NCBI RefSeq assembly: GCF_035271045.1
Contig: NZ_DATESC010000008.1
Coordinates: forward strand, 36,044-100,043
Source: Marinospirillum sp.
GTDB taxonomy: Bacteria; Pseudomonadota; Gammaproteobacteria; Pseudomonadales; Halomonadaceae
Direction: 5' to 3'
DNA length: 64,000 bases
The position numbers and the translations under genes were made by a program. This document shows, piece after piece, positions 1 through 10,282 of the stretch; position 1 is the stretch's first letter; each line of letters starts with the position of its first letter. The notes beneath the pieces are model-generated. The model worked only from the letters and a program-made list of their open reading frames with translations, made no database searches and had not been told where the DNA came from.

Positions 1-473
1 CCCAAGTGCTTAACGCCCTTGGCTTCATTGTCGCCATGAAAACTACCGTCTTCAGCGTATAAATCGACTAGTGCCAACTGACCATCTTGCTTTAAATGCT
101 GGTAGAACTGTTTAAGTAGGGCTTCGGTGGAAGCAACATGGTGCAGCGCCATGCAGCTGACAACACCATCGTAATCACAAGGTAAGCCAGAAAAAACGTT
201 TTGGTTTAGCGTTTGAATGTTTTTAATGCCCTTCTCGACTAACACTTCCAACATTTTTTCTGACGTATCTAAAGCCGTTACCTGCTCCACCCTTGCCGCA
301 AGCGGCACACTTAATAGCCCAGTACCTGATCCAAAATCTAACCAGTGCTGGCGGTCATTTAACACCAACTGAGGTAGCAATAAATTTGCTACTTCTGCTA
401 ACTGTACCGACATACGGCGTGTGTCCCAGTTTTTGGCTGAACTATCAAAAGGATTATTGGGTGAAGCTGACAT
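1..473 (-). CDS. Class I SAM-dependent methyltransferase, 3' end runs off the window
   Basis: Not in ORF track; manual translation from ATG at 473: MSASPNNPFDSSAKNWD...WLDFGSGTGLLS...VTALDTSEKML...YDGVVSCMALHHV...LALVDL; motif I (DxGxGxG) and post-motifs present; open to the window edge. Confidence 0.85.
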   Translation of the reverse strand, partial: MSASPNNPFDSSAKNWDTRRMSVQLAEVANLLLPQLVLNDRQHWLDFGSGTGLLSVPLAARVEQVTALDTSEKMLEVLVEKGIKNIQTLNQNVFSGLPCDYDGVVSCMALHHVASTEALLKQFYQHLKQDGQLALVDLYAEDGSFHGDNEAKGVKHL

Positions 474-481
474 AAAAACTC

Positions 482-2017
482 CTAGTCTGACTGTTTAGGT
501 TTCATGTGGCCGGTTTCTTCATAACGCTGGTGCCAGCTAAGTGCTTCACCCAAAATATGCGGTGTATGCTGGCTGCCACTGTTTTGATTGGCTCGTTCAA
601 AGTAATCCATTAGCTCGGCACGGTAATCTGGGTGGGCGCAATTATTAATAATTGCAATGGCACGTTTACGTGGCGATAGACCACGTAAATCAGCTAAGCC
701 TTGTTCTGTAACAATAATTTTTACATCATGCTCCGTATGATCGACGTGTGAAACCATAGGAACAATCGAAGAAATAGCGCCATCTTTAGCAATGGATGGT
801 GTTACAAAAATGGATAAATAACCATTACGCGCAAAGTCACCTGAACCACCAATACCGTTCATCATGCGTGTACCCATAATATGAGTCGAGTTAACATTAC
901 CGTAAATATCGGCTTCTATTAAACCGTTCATGGCAATAATACCCATACGGCGTGCTAATTCTGGGTGATTACTGATGTCTTGCTGGCGCAAAATAATTTT
1001 GTCACGGTAAAGGTCAATGTTTTCATCAAACTCTTTTAAACCATCGGGACTTAAAGAAAAAGCCGTTGCCGAGGCAACGTCTAACGTGCCTGATTTAAGC
1101 ATTTTTAACATACCATCCTGAATCACTTCAGTAAAAGCCGTTAAGTTTTTGAAAGGGCCAGCATTCAAACCTTCTAATACCGCGTTGGCAATGTTGCCCA
1201 CGCCTGATTGCAAAGGCAGCAGATTTTTTGGCAAGCGACCAATATCAATTTCTTTTTGGAAAAATTCAAGAATGTGATCAGCAATTTTAATCGACACAGC
1301 ATCAGGGGCTTTAAACGCTGAGTTACGATCCATTGAATTAGTTTCAACGACCGCAATGACTTTTTCAGCAGGGCAACGTAGGTAATGTTCACCAATGCGA
1401 TCCGATGGATGAGTCATCATAATCGGCTTACGGTTAGGCGGCATCGCTGTCCCGTAATAAATATCGTGCATACCTTCTAACTTAGCGTTTTGCTTGGCAT
1501 TCACTTCAATAATCACATGATCGGCTTGCTCGATCCAAGTTTTGTTATTACCAATGGAAGAAGAAGGAATTAAACTGCCATCTTCACGAATACCCGCGAC
1601 TTCAATCAGCGCAATATTCATCTTACCTAAAAAACCCGACCAAGCGTATTGAGAAACTTCTGATAGGTGCAAGTCAACATAGTCCATCTTACCGTTGTTA
1701 ATGCGGTCACGGCAGATAGGGTCACTTTGGAAAGGCAGACGCATTTCAATGCCATCAACTTCTGCCAGCGTGCCATCCAATTCAGGTGCAGTGGAAGCAC
1801 CTGTCCAAACGTTAATGCGAAAAGGCTTACTGCCTTCTTGTGCATTGTGCTTACGAATGCGTTCAGCTAAAGCACCTGGAACCGCTTTGGGATAACCAGC
1901 ACCCGTAAAACCACTCATCCCCACGTTAGCGCCAGCAGGAATCAATTCAGCAGCTTTTTCTGCTGTCATTACACGCTGACGCAGTATTGGACAATGAATT
2001 CTAGTTGTTTCAGACAT
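482..2017 (-). CDS. Acetyl-CoA hydrolase / succinyl-CoA:acetate CoA-transferase family (Ach1/AarC/ScpC-like)
   Basis: 511 aa; SGFTGAGYPK, LQSGVGNIANAV, FTEVIQD, NGIGGSGDFARN, VSHVDHTEHDV motifs. Confidence 0.9.
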   Translation of the reverse strand: MSETTRIHCPILRQRVMTAEKAAELIPAGANVGMSGFTGAGYPKAVPGALAERIRKHNAQEGSKPFRINVWTGASTAPELDGTLAEVDGIEMRLPFQSDPICRDRINNGKMDYVDLHLSEVSQYAWSGFLGKMNIALIEVAGIREDGSLIPSSSIGNNKTWIEQADHVIIEVNAKQNAKLEGMHDIYYGTAMPPNRKPIMMTHPSDRIGEHYLRCPAEKVIAVVETNSMDRNSAFKAPDAVSIKIADHILEFFQKEIDIGRLPKNLLPLQSGVGNIANAVLEGLNAGPFKNLTAFTEVIQDGMLKMLKSGTLDVASATAFSLSPDGLKEFDENIDLYRDKIILRQQDISNHPELARRMGIIAMNGLIEADIYGNVNSTHIMGTRMMNGIGGSGDFARNGYLSIFVTPSIAKDGAISSIVPMVSHVDHTEHDVKIIVTEQGLADLRGLSPRKRAIAIINNCAHPDYRAELMDYFERANQNSGSQHTPHILGEALSWHQRYEETGHMKPKQSD

Positions 2018-2099
2018 ATTGCAATCTCGCTTAAAGGGTATTATTAACCTTGCACTAGCGATCTTGTTATTATTTTTTCATGGCAAGCCAAAGGGCGGC

Positions 2100-2108
2100 A
2101 TTATATCA
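2100..2108 (-). promoter_or_regulatory. Extended -10 sigma70 promoter (TGaTATAAT) with GC-rich discriminator upstream of the CoA-transferase
   Basis: Minus strand reads TGATATAATGCCGCCC, 83 nt upstream of the start at 2017. Confidence 0.5.
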
Positions 2109-2131
2109 GCAATCTTATCAAACCTAGCTTT

Positions 2132-3073
2132 TTAAGGTCGCTTAATACTTTTGCCACCCGCACCTTTTCTTTTGCCTGTTGTTTTTTTACCTAACCGCTT
2201 ATTATCATTAGATTTTTTATTATTTTTATACGTTTCTGAAGCGGTTTTTTTACCTTTAAATGGCTTATTTTTAGACGGCGCAAGCTTATCAACTTTAGTC
2301 GTATTAAAACGTTTAATTTGCTTTTTTGGGGTAAATTCAACATCAACGGTAGAACTAGAGTTCGCCAACATATCAGCAACCAGACTTAACTCTTTTTGAT
2401 TCAATAAACGCCATTGCCCTACTTTCAAACCATCTAAGCCAATGTTCATGATTCGCACCCGTTTTAAGCGCGTTACGTTATAACCTAGGTATTCAGTCAT
2501 GCGGCGAATTTGACGATTTAAGCCTTGGTGTAAAATAATATTAAAGCTGGTAGCTGAAATTTTGCGTACCTTACACGGCTTGGTAACCGTACCCAAAATT
2601 GGAATACCTGCAGCCATACGCCTTATAAACTCAGCATCAAACGGCTTATCAACCGAGACGATGTATTCTTTATCGTGGGCATTACCCGCGCGTAGAATTT
2701 TATTAACAATGTCACCATCATTGGTTAGCAGAATTAACCCTTCAGACGGTTTATCTAAACGACCGATCGGAAAAATTCGACCTTTACGATAATTCACTGC
2801 TGCAACAATATTGTCTGGTACTTCAGGATCCGTTGTACAAGTAATCCCCACCGGCTTGTTATAAACTAAATAAACTGGCGCTGGCTTAGCTTTTAAAGGT
2901 TTTCCACCTACAGAAATAAAATCAGCAGCAGTCACTCGCAAGCCCATACCGGCTACCTTGCCATTAACTTTTACACGGCCTTCTTCAATAAAAATATCAG
3001 CTTCTCGGCGTGAACAAATGCCTGTTTCACTAATGTATTTATTAAGGCGGATGCCACTAACGTCTTGAGTCAT
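2132..3073 (-). CDS. rluF: 23S rRNA pseudouridine synthase RluF with Lys-rich C-terminal tail
   Basis: S4-like N-terminus ([18 protein letters not shown]), [10 protein letters not shown], catalytic [20 protein letters not shown]. Confidence 0.9.
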   Translation of the reverse strand: MTQDVSGIRLNKYISETGICSRREADIFIEEGRVKVNGKVAGMGLRVTAADFISVGGKPLKAKPAPVYLVYNKPVGITCTTDPEVPDNIVAAVNYRKGRIFPIGRLDKPSEGLILLTNDGDIVNKILRAGNAHDKEYIVSVDKPFDAEFIRRMAAGIPILGTVTKPCKVRKISATSFNIILHQGLNRQIRRMTEYLGYNVTRLKRVRIMNIGLDGLKVGQWRLLNQKELSLVADMLANSSSTVDVEFTPKKQIKRFNTTKVDKLAPSKNKPFKGKKTASETYKNNKKSNDNKRLGKKTTGKRKGAGGKSIKRP

Positions 3074-3215
3074 TAAAATAATCTCGAATTAACTTGAATA
3101 GTAGGGTGTTTTAGCCTAGCCATTATACCCTCTTAAACTTTTCTAATTTTTTTGATTTTTGTTACAATCAAAGGCTTAGTTACAATCTGTGGCTGACCTA
3201 CTTGAGACTACACTT

Positions 3216-3749
3216 ATGGCTACTAAGCCAACCATCTATAAATTGAATATCGCTATTTCTGATTTTAATCGTAATTATTATGATTCTATTCAGCTGACCG
3301 TTGCCTTACATCCTTCAGAAACAGTAGAAAGAATGATGGCTAGAATCATTGCCTATTGCTTAAATTCTCAAGAAAACATGGCTTTTTCCAAAGGACTTGC
3401 AGCAGTCGAAGAACCCGACATTTGGGTAAAAAGCCTTGATGACCAAATTAAACTGTGGATTGACATGGGCGAGCCAATACCCGACCGTGTAAAAAAATCC
3501 AGCCGCCTTGCTCCCGCTGTTAAAGTGTATAGTTTTAACAGCAAATCCAATACTTGGTGGGAACAAAATAAAAGCAAAATGCAGCCATTTAACAACGTAC
3601 AGTTTTACCAATTTGATTGGAGCCAAATGCAAGTGTTAGCAAGTTTTGTAGAACGCACAATGGATTGGTCCATCAGCATCAGCGGCGACAGCGCTTACAT
3701 AGCCGCTGAAGGAAAAGAATGCGAGCTGACGGTGAGAGAACTGGTTTAA
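3216..3749 (+). CDS. yaeQ: YaeQ family protein
   Basis: MATKPTIYK...ALHPSETVERMMARIIAYC...SKGL...EEPDIW...WIDMGEP; ATG 3216 preferred over the track GTG at 3189. Confidence 0.85.
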   Translation: MATKPTIYKLNIAISDFNRNYYDSIQLTVALHPSETVERMMARIIAYCLNSQENMAFSKGLAAVEEPDIWVKSLDDQIKLWIDMGEPIPDRVKKSSRLAPAVKVYSFNSKSNTWWEQNKSKMQPFNNVQFYQFDWSQMQVLASFVERTMDWSISISGDSAYIAAEGKECELTVRELV

Positions 3750-3759
3750 TTAACAAAAC

Positions 3760-4326
3760 CTAAGCTTTTGGCAAGGTCACGCCTTCTTGCCCTTGGTATT
3801 TGCCGTTGCGGTCTTTATACGAAACATCACACACCTGATCGCCACCAAAAAACAGCATTTGTGCGATGCCTTCGTTGGCATAAATCACGGCTGGCAAGGT
3901 AGTCGTATTAGAAAATTCCAACGTCACATAACCTTCCCATTCAGGTTCTAGCGGTGTGACGTTAACAATAATACCGCAGCGGGCGTAGGTACTTTTACCC
4001 AAGCAGACTACCAACACATCACGCGGAATTTTAAAACGTTCAACCGTACGCGCCAAAGCAAACGAGTTAGGCGGAATAATGCAGCGATCACCTTTAAATT
4101 CAACAAAATTCTTTTCATCAAATTTTTTAGGATCAACGATGGTCGAGTTAATGTTGGTAAAAATCTTAAATTCATCGGCGCAACGCACATCATAGCCATA
4201 GCTTGAAGTGCCGTAAGAAATAATTTTCTCGCCATCGGCTTCACGCACTTGACCTTTTTCAAAAGGTACAATCATACCCTGCTCTTGCGACATACGGCGA
4301 ATCCAATGATCCGATTTAATACTCAT
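3760..4326 (-). CDS. dcd: dCTP deaminase
   Basis: 188 aa; [35 protein letters not shown]. Confidence 0.95.
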   Translation of the reverse strand: MSIKSDHWIRRMSQEQGMIVPFEKGQVREADGEKIISYGTSSYGYDVRCADEFKIFTNINSTIVDPKKFDEKNFVEFKGDRCIIPPNSFALARTVERFKIPRDVLVVCLGKSTYARCGIIVNVTPLEPEWEGYVTLEFSNTTTLPAVIYANEGIAQMLFFGGDQVCDVSYKDRNGKYQGQEGVTLPKA

Positions 4327-4455
4327 AAAAAGCCCCCAAGCTGTGCCAAATTAGGTGTTGAAAAAAACCCAGCCATTCTAACAGATTAAAAATGTTAAAA
4401 TCGCCCTAGCCTGCCCACTAAGGGTTGAAATTTTTTGAACGGAAACACCGCTACA

Positions 4456-5271
4456 ATGAAAATTATTAGTTTTAATATCAATAGTTTACGTGCTCGCCCT
4501 CACCAAATGGAAGCACTTATCGCTGCTGACCAGCCTGAAATTATTGCCCTACAAGAAACCAAAGTGAATGACCCTGACTTTCCGCTTGCGCTGGTGCAGT
4601 CTTGGGGCTATCACGTCGAATACCACGGTCAAAAAGGTCACTATGGCGTAGCTACGCTTTCTAAACAGCCACCGTTAAACGTTAAAAAAGGCTTTATTAG
4701 CGATGATGAAACGTCACAAAAGCGCCTAATTACCACCCAGCACCTATGTTCAGACGGTGAAACAATTACCGTAATTAATGGTTATTTTCCACAAGGTGAA
4801 AATATTAAGCATGAAATTAAATTCCCTGCTAAACGTCAGTTTTATAATGATTTACAAGCCATGCTAGAAACTGACTACACGCCTCAACAGCGAGTGTTGT
4901 TAGTGGGTGATATGAACATTTCTTCAACTGATTTAGACATTGGCATTGGTGATAAAAATCGCAAACGTTGGCTGCAAACCGGCAAAACCAGCTTTCAGCC
5001 AGAAGAACGTGAATGGATGGAACGCCTTATGGCTTGGGGATTTACCGACAGCTACCGTGAACAAAACCCTACTAGTAATGAATTATTTAGCTGGTTTGAT
5101 TACCGCAGCAAAGGTTTTGAAGATGCACCCAAGCGTGGTTTAAGAATTGATTTGCTATTAGCCAGTGAAGGCTTAGCGCCTTTTTGCGTAGCTACAGGCA
5201 TTGATTATGAAATCCGTGGCATGGAAAAACCCTCTGACCATGCGCCAGTTTGGAGTAAGTTTAAGTTTTAA
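4456..5271 (+). CDS. xthA: Exodeoxyribonuclease III
   Basis: [50 protein letters not shown]; start at ATG 4456. Confidence 0.95.
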   Translation: MKIISFNINSLRARPHQMEALIAADQPEIIALQETKVNDPDFPLALVQSWGYHVEYHGQKGHYGVATLSKQPPLNVKKGFISDDETSQKRLITTQHLCSDGETITVINGYFPQGENIKHEIKFPAKRQFYNDLQAMLETDYTPQQRVLLVGDMNISSTDLDIGIGDKNRKRWLQTGKTSFQPEEREWMERLMAWGFTDSYREQNPTSNELFSWFDYRSKGFEDAPKRGLRIDLLLASEGLAPFCVATGIDYEIRGMEKPSDHAPVWSKFKF

Positions 5272-5279
5272 AAAAACAT

Positions 5280-5840
5280 TTAAACTTTAAGAAAATCGGT
5301 AATGGTTTTTAAGTGTTTATCAAAGCCAGTAAAACCATGATTTCCACCTTCTTCAAGGATTTGCTTTGCCGCCGGGTAGTGAGTCACTGCTTGGCGGTAA
5401 TCTAACAGTTCATCGCCAGTTTGTACCATTAACAAACAGCGTTTTGTCGGCGGTTGTACAACCTTAAACTTTAACAAGCTAGCGGTGTGCTGGGCATTCC
5501 ATTCATAACGGCTTGAATCATGGAAGTTAACGCCCTGACCGATTGCTCGCTCTAAAGTGACGTAAGGCTCGACCGAAGGGTTAACTAACACATAAGGCAA
5601 GTCGTAGTGATTAGCCAACCAAGTGGCATAAAACCCGCCCAAAGACGAACCGACCAAACCTACTGGCTCATATTTTTGCATTGCTTCAATAATAGCTTGC
5701 AGGGTTTCTATCGCTAGTTCTGGAATATTCGGTAAAGAAGGTGCCATAAAGCTAATGCCTTGTTCGTGACACCAGCTTTTTAACAGCCGAGCTTTATCAC
5801 CCCGACCGCTTGAACCAAAACCATGAATAAATAACAGCAT
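5280..5840 (-). CDS. yqiA: YqiA/YcfP-family alpha/beta hydrolase (esterase)
   Basis: LFIHGFGSS, GSSLGG nucleophile elbow, QTGDELLDY, GGNHGF. Confidence 0.85.
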   Translation of the reverse strand: MLLFIHGFGSSGRGDKARLLKSWCHEQGISFMAPSLPNIPELAIETLQAIIEAMQKYEPVGLVGSSLGGFYATWLANHYDLPYVLVNPSVEPYVTLERAIGQGVNFHDSSRYEWNAQHTASLLKFKVVQPPTKRCLLMVQTGDELLDYRQAVTHYPAAKQILEEGGNHGFTGFDKHLKTITDFLKV

Positions 5841-5844
5841 TGTT

Positions 5845-6612
5845 TTAGTCTTCCATGCTTTGTGGGCGAATAAGCAGTTCGCTTACATCAACATGAGCAG
5901 GTTGCGATACTGCATAAAAAATAGCTTCAGCAATGTCTTCAGGCTGTAGTAACAGACTAGGATCAGCATAAAGGTTATCTTTGACAGCATTACGAATTTT
6001 GTCGTGCTTAATGGAATCAGGCAATTCAGTCGCTACCGAACCTGGCTGAATGTCTGTTACACGCACGCCATAACGTATCGCTTCTTTACGCAGCGTGTCG
6101 GAAATAGCCCTAACTGCGTGTTTAGTACCAGCATAAACACCAGCGCTTTGAAAGGTGATGCGAGCAGCCACTGAGCTAATATTAACGATATGCCCTTGTT
6201 TGCGTTCAACCATGCCAGAATAAACTGCATGAATCGCATAAAGCACACCTTTAATATTCACGTCTATCATCTGCTCCCACTCATCAACCCGACCCGAGAG
6301 TATTGGGCTAATGGGCATGGTGCCAGCATTGTTAACGAGTAGATCAACACCGCCCTGAGCAGCAAGGCGTTCGCCCACTGCCGCCATCGCCGCACGATCC
6401 GACACATCGACCGGCTCTAAAACCACTTCGACACCCGTGGCTTTTAATTCAGTAGCCAAGGCTTCTAAGCGATCAACACGGCGGGCAGACAAAACTAGGT
6501 TCATGCCCGCAGCGGCTAAACGGCGTGCTGTGGCTTCACCGATACCAGAGCTAGCACCGGTAATCCAAGCTTTTTTACCTAATAACGTTTTGTTTAATAA
6601 CGGGCTGGTCAT
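5845..6612 (-). CDS. Short-chain dehydrogenase/reductase (YdfG-like NADP-dependent)
   Basis: TGASSGIG, NNAG, NISS, YAGTK; start overlaps thrH stop (TAATG). Confidence 0.85.
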   Translation of the reverse strand: MTSPLLNKTLLGKKAWITGASSGIGEATARRLAAAGMNLVLSARRVDRLEALATELKATGVEVVLEPVDVSDRAAMAAVGERLAAQGGVDLLVNNAGTMPISPILSGRVDEWEQMIDVNIKGVLYAIHAVYSGMVERKQGHIVNISSVAARITFQSAGVYAGTKHAVRAISDTLRKEAIRYGVRVTDIQPGSVATELPDSIKHDKIRNAVKDNLYADPSLLLQPEDIAEAIFYAVSQPAHVDVSELLIRPQSMED

Positions 6613-7229
6613 TACAAAGCCAACTCACGAACACTGGCGTTAATAAAGGCTTTTTTCAGGTCTTCAAAGGTTTGTACTGCCGGAAACTGTGGAAATTCTT
6701 CAATCACATTTTGTGGTGCATGAAAAAGAATACCCTGTTCAGCTTGCGCCAGCATAGTGGTGTCGTTATAAGAATCACCCGCAGCAATAACACGGTAATT
6801 TAATAGCTGTAAAGCTCTAACACTTTGGCGCTTAGGGTCACGCTGACGTAGTTTGTAATCAGTCACACGGCCATTAGCATCCACTTCTAGTTTGTGGCAC
6901 AACAAGGTTGGAAAGCCTAGCTGACGCATTAATGGCTGAGAAAACTCATAAAAAGTATCAGATAAAATAATGACTTGAAAACGTGCCCTTAACCAATTTA
7001 CAAAATCAATTGCACCCGGTAGTGGCTCTAACTCAGCAATAACAGCTTGAATGTCCGGCAATTTTAAATTGTGCTCATCTAAAATACGCAAACGCTGACG
7101 CATTAACACATCGTAATCAGGAATATCACGCGTGGTTGCTTTAAGTTCATCAATGCCAGTCTTTTCAGCAAAAGCAATCCAAATTTCGGGTACCAAAACC
7201 CCTTCTAGGTCTAAACAAGCTAATTCCAT
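6612..7229 (-). CDS. thrH: Phosphoserine phosphatase / homoserine phosphotransferase (HAD)
   Basis: MELACLDLEGVLVPEIW, SDTF, GDSYNDTTML; directly downstream of cysB. Confidence 0.93.
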   Translation of the reverse strand: MELACLDLEGVLVPEIWIAFAEKTGIDELKATTRDIPDYDVLMRQRLRILDEHNLKLPDIQAVIAELEPLPGAIDFVNWLRARFQVIILSDTFYEFSQPLMRQLGFPTLLCHKLEVDANGRVTDYKLRQRDPKRQSVRALQLLNYRVIAAGDSYNDTTMLAQAEQGILFHAPQNVIEEFPQFPAVQTFEDLKKAFINASVRELAL

Positions 7230-7303
7230 AACAATCCTTAAACAGTCGTAGGGTGAAAGATAAAATAAAGGTTTAATTATCAGCGTTTAATTATAAAGGT
7301 TTA

Positions 7304-8275
7304 TCAACGCTTAGGCAGCTCTAGCTTAACAAACATCTGTTCAATTTCTTGTTTATTCGCCGCAACTAAAGCTTTATCAAGGGTGTCTTTATCTAAATGC
7401 GCGGCTAGTTTTTCTATAAAATGATATAGATAGCCACGCATAAAAGTACCTTTACGGATGCCTAAGCGAGTAATGCTGGGTTCAAATAAATGGCTAGCGT
7501 CAATAACCACCAAATCATCGTCACGTACATCAGCCGCCATGTGTGCAACAATCCCCACACCAACGCCTAAACGCACATAGGTTTTAATTACATCTGAGTC
7601 AGCAGCCGTAAAGACAATTTTAGGCGCTAATCCTGCATTCGCAAAGGCTTCATCGACCTTGGCTCGCCCCGTAAAACCATTGATATAAGTCACCAACGGA
7701 TAGTCTGCAAGCGTTTCTAAGGTTAGTTTTTTCTGCTGCGCTAAAGGGTGACTTTTTGGCACTAGAATGCAACGATTCCATTGGTAACAAGGCAGGGTGA
7801 CTAAATCATTCGTATTGGCAATGGATTCAGTAGCAATCGCAAGGTCTGCTTCGCCTTCAGCAACCATTTGAGCAATTTGTGGTGGCGTACCTTGCTTTAA
7901 ACTGAGTGTAACATCAGGGTATTTTTCCATAAATTGTTGAATAACGGCGGGTAAAATATAACGGGCTTGCGTATGAGTGGTTGCTAAAACTAAGCTGCCA
8001 CGGCGCTCGTTGCTGAATTCAAATGCCACTTTTTTAATGTTTTCTGCGGTTTTTAAAATTTCACCGGCCATATTAATCACCGCTTGCCCAGCGGGTGTAA
8101 TGCGCGTTAAGTGCTTACCGCTTCGCACAAAAATTTCAATGCCTAATTCATCTTCCAACAGGCGGATCTGCTTACTTACCCCTGGTTGAGACGTAAACAT
8201 ATTTTGTGCTGTAGCTGACACATTCAAATTATTATGCGCTACTTCCCAAATGTACCGTAATTGCTGCAACTTCAT
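7304..8275 (-). CDS. cysB: LysR-family regulator CysB
   Basis: MKLQQLRYIWEV...TSQPGVSKQIRLLEDELG, TTHTQARY, DVIKTYVRLGVGVG; start ATG 8275. Confidence 0.93.
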   Translation of the reverse strand: MKLQQLRYIWEVAHNNLNVSATAQNMFTSQPGVSKQIRLLEDELGIEIFVRSGKHLTRITPAGQAVINMAGEILKTAENIKKVAFEFSNERRGSLVLATTHTQARYILPAVIQQFMEKYPDVTLSLKQGTPPQIAQMVAEGEADLAIATESIANTNDLVTLPCYQWNRCILVPKSHPLAQQKKLTLETLADYPLVTYINGFTGRAKVDEAFANAGLAPKIVFTAADSDVIKTYVRLGVGVGIVAHMAADVRDDDLVVIDASHLFEPSITRLGIRKGTFMRGYLYHFIEKLAAHLDKDTLDKALVAANKQEIEQMFVKLELPKR

Positions 8276-8350
8276 GGCAAACGCTCCAACCAAATAAAGG
8301 TTATAAGAAACAGATTATAAATTACCTTTAAGAATATAGAGAAATGCTTT

Positions 8351-10282
8351 TTAGAGCAAGAGACCTAGTTCAATCATTTTACGCCAATCTAAAATCCATG
8401 CATTTTGGGCTTGCGACTTACCTTTTAACTCTAGGCCAGTTACAGGATAACAAGGCAACCTATCTTTGACTGCCGCAAAGGTTTTTTCGCCAATAAGAAT
8501 ATCTACGGTTTCACAGGGCTTAACTTCTCCTGCTTGCTTGGCAACTTGCCATTCAAGATTTACTTCTTTGGTAACGCTTTCTAACCTTGCTGCCGTGTTT
8601 ACTGCATCACCTATCGCGGTATAGTTAAAACGGTTAGCAGCACCAATATTACCAACTACAGCCTCGCCGGTATTAATGCCTATACCCATTCTTAAGTAAT
8701 GAGGATCATCCACCGAATAGGGTAGATTAAAAGCATCTAAGGCTTGCATCATACCGGCAGCTGCTAAACAAGCATGGTAGGCGTGGTCTTCATCTTTTAA
8801 AGGCGCATTAAATAAAGCCATTACAGCATCACCTATTAACTTATCTAAGGTGCCGTTATAACAATGCACCTGATCAATCATTAATCCAAAATAACGATTT
8901 AAATGGCTGACTAAATCTTCAGTGGTTAATAGTTCAGTAGTTGGAGTAAAACCTCTTAAATCACTAAACAGCACACTTAATTGCTGACGCTTACCACCTA
9001 GCTGTAGTTCAGCTCCTTGGGCTACTAAAGTATCCACTAAGGCTGGTGCAATATAACTACTAAAAGCTGTACGCAAATAAGCTGTTTCTATCCGATTAAC
9101 TATAAATAGCCACAATTCGCCCACCAGAACAGCTGCTAGTAAAAATAACAGCGGATAAAAAACTTCTAACCATAAATTAAAAAATAAATAACCGCTTACT
9201 CCTACACCATAAACAGCCAAGCCTAAGATTAAAGACAACAGCAAACGCAGCCAAGGTAAGCTGAGTTGCCAAATTAACGATAAAAATAATAAGATCACTA
9301 ACAAGCTTGCCAACAGTGCCCAGCCTGTTATATCTGTTAAGAAACTGTTATCCAGCAGGTTAGCTAAAAAGGTAAGGTGCACTAATGGCCCAGCAAGCTG
9401 ACCTATGGGTGTCGCACGTAAATCGGTTACCCCTGCTTCACTTACACCTACTAACACCCAGCGATCTGCAAGTAATTGTGGATCCCAAGTTGGCTGCATC
9501 AGCTCAGCAAAGGTAACTCTTTGCCAAGCATCTTCTGGATAAAAGTTAAGGCGTGCTTGAGATTTTTTATCTATAGGCAACTTTTGTTTACCTAAAACTG
9601 CCAATTGCTCTACAAGCTGTAGATCTTCATAACGTCCTAAACGCCACATTTGTACCCCTAAGTTAGGTAACACTGCATCTTGTAACCAAAAAGCCAGTGG
9701 GTAATGACGAAATTTTTGGTCAGCATCGGGCGCTATATTAAGAGCTGCCAAAAAAGGTAAGGCTTCACGCAAGATAGGTATAGGTAATTCAGCTCGCTCA
9801 GTATCAATGAGCTGGGGGTTATCAATTTGCATCAAAGAGGAATGTAGAATTTGACTATAAGCTACTTCATCGAGTTCTTTAGCCTGAGGGCCATTTAAAA
9901 AGACACCCCCAATCACTGACAAACTTTCAAGTACCTTAGCTAACTCTTGATCTTGCTCTAGATCTGTTGGTTCTGAAAACAACATATCTAAGCCTATTAC
10001 ATCTGCAGCTTCTAAACCTTTCAAGCCTTGTGCGATTAAATCTCGCGACCAAGGCCAACGGCCAAAAGCTTGAATACTGGTGTTTTCTATTTCTAAAAAA
10101 ACCAATTTGTTTGAAGGCTTACGCTTATTCCAATCAAAATAACTATCACTGAGTGCACTGGCTAAAGATTGCACCATAACAGGTGGTTTTAAGGTTAATA
10201 AAAAAACCAACCCTAGTAGGCAAAGTGCTAATAGATAAATGCCTTGTTTTTTTAACAGGCTTGTCCAGTTTATTGCAACCAT
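8351..10282 (-). CDS. Membrane-bound class III adenylate cyclase with periplasmic CHASE2 domain
   Basis: N-terminal TM; CHASE2 motifs (GRWPWSR, IGLDMLFSE, DADQKFR, VLVG, TP, GPLVH); three TMs; catalytic FSDLRGFT, KLIGDAVM, GIGINTG, YTAIGDAVNTAARLE. Confidence 0.9.
   Translation of the reverse strand: MVAINWTSLLKKQGIYLLALCLLGLVFLLTLKPPVMVQSLASALSDSYFDWNKRKPSNKLVFLEIENTSIQAFGRWPWSRDLIAQGLKGLEAADVIGLDMLFSEPTDLEQDQELAKVLESLSVIGGVFLNGPQAKELDEVAYSQILHSSLMQIDNPQLIDTERAELPIPILREALPFLAALNIAPDADQKFRHYPLAFWLQDAVLPNLGVQMWRLGRYEDLQLVEQLAVLGKQKLPIDKKSQARLNFYPEDAWQRVTFAELMQPTWDPQLLADRWVLVGVSEAGVTDLRATPIGQLAGPLVHLTFLANLLDNSFLTDITGWALLASLLVILLFLSLIWQLSLPWLRLLLSLILGLAVYGVGVSGYLFFNLWLEVFYPLLFLLAAVLVGELWLFIVNRIETAYLRTAFSSYIAPALVDTLVAQGAELQLGGKRQQLSVLFSDLRGFTPTTELLTTEDLVSHLNRYFGLMIDQVHCYNGTLDKLIGDAVMALFNAPLKDEDHAYHACLAAAGMMQALDAFNLPYSVDDPHYLRMGIGINTGEAVVGNIGAANRFNYTAIGDAVNTAARLESVTKEVNLEWQVAKQAGEVKPCETVDILIGEKTFAAVKDRLPCYPVTGLELKGKSQAQNAWILDWRKMIELGLLL

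Noticed and set aside
293-475. 60-aa plus-strand ORF
   Set aside because: Antisense shadow of the minus-strand methyltransferase (1-473), which has clear motifs.
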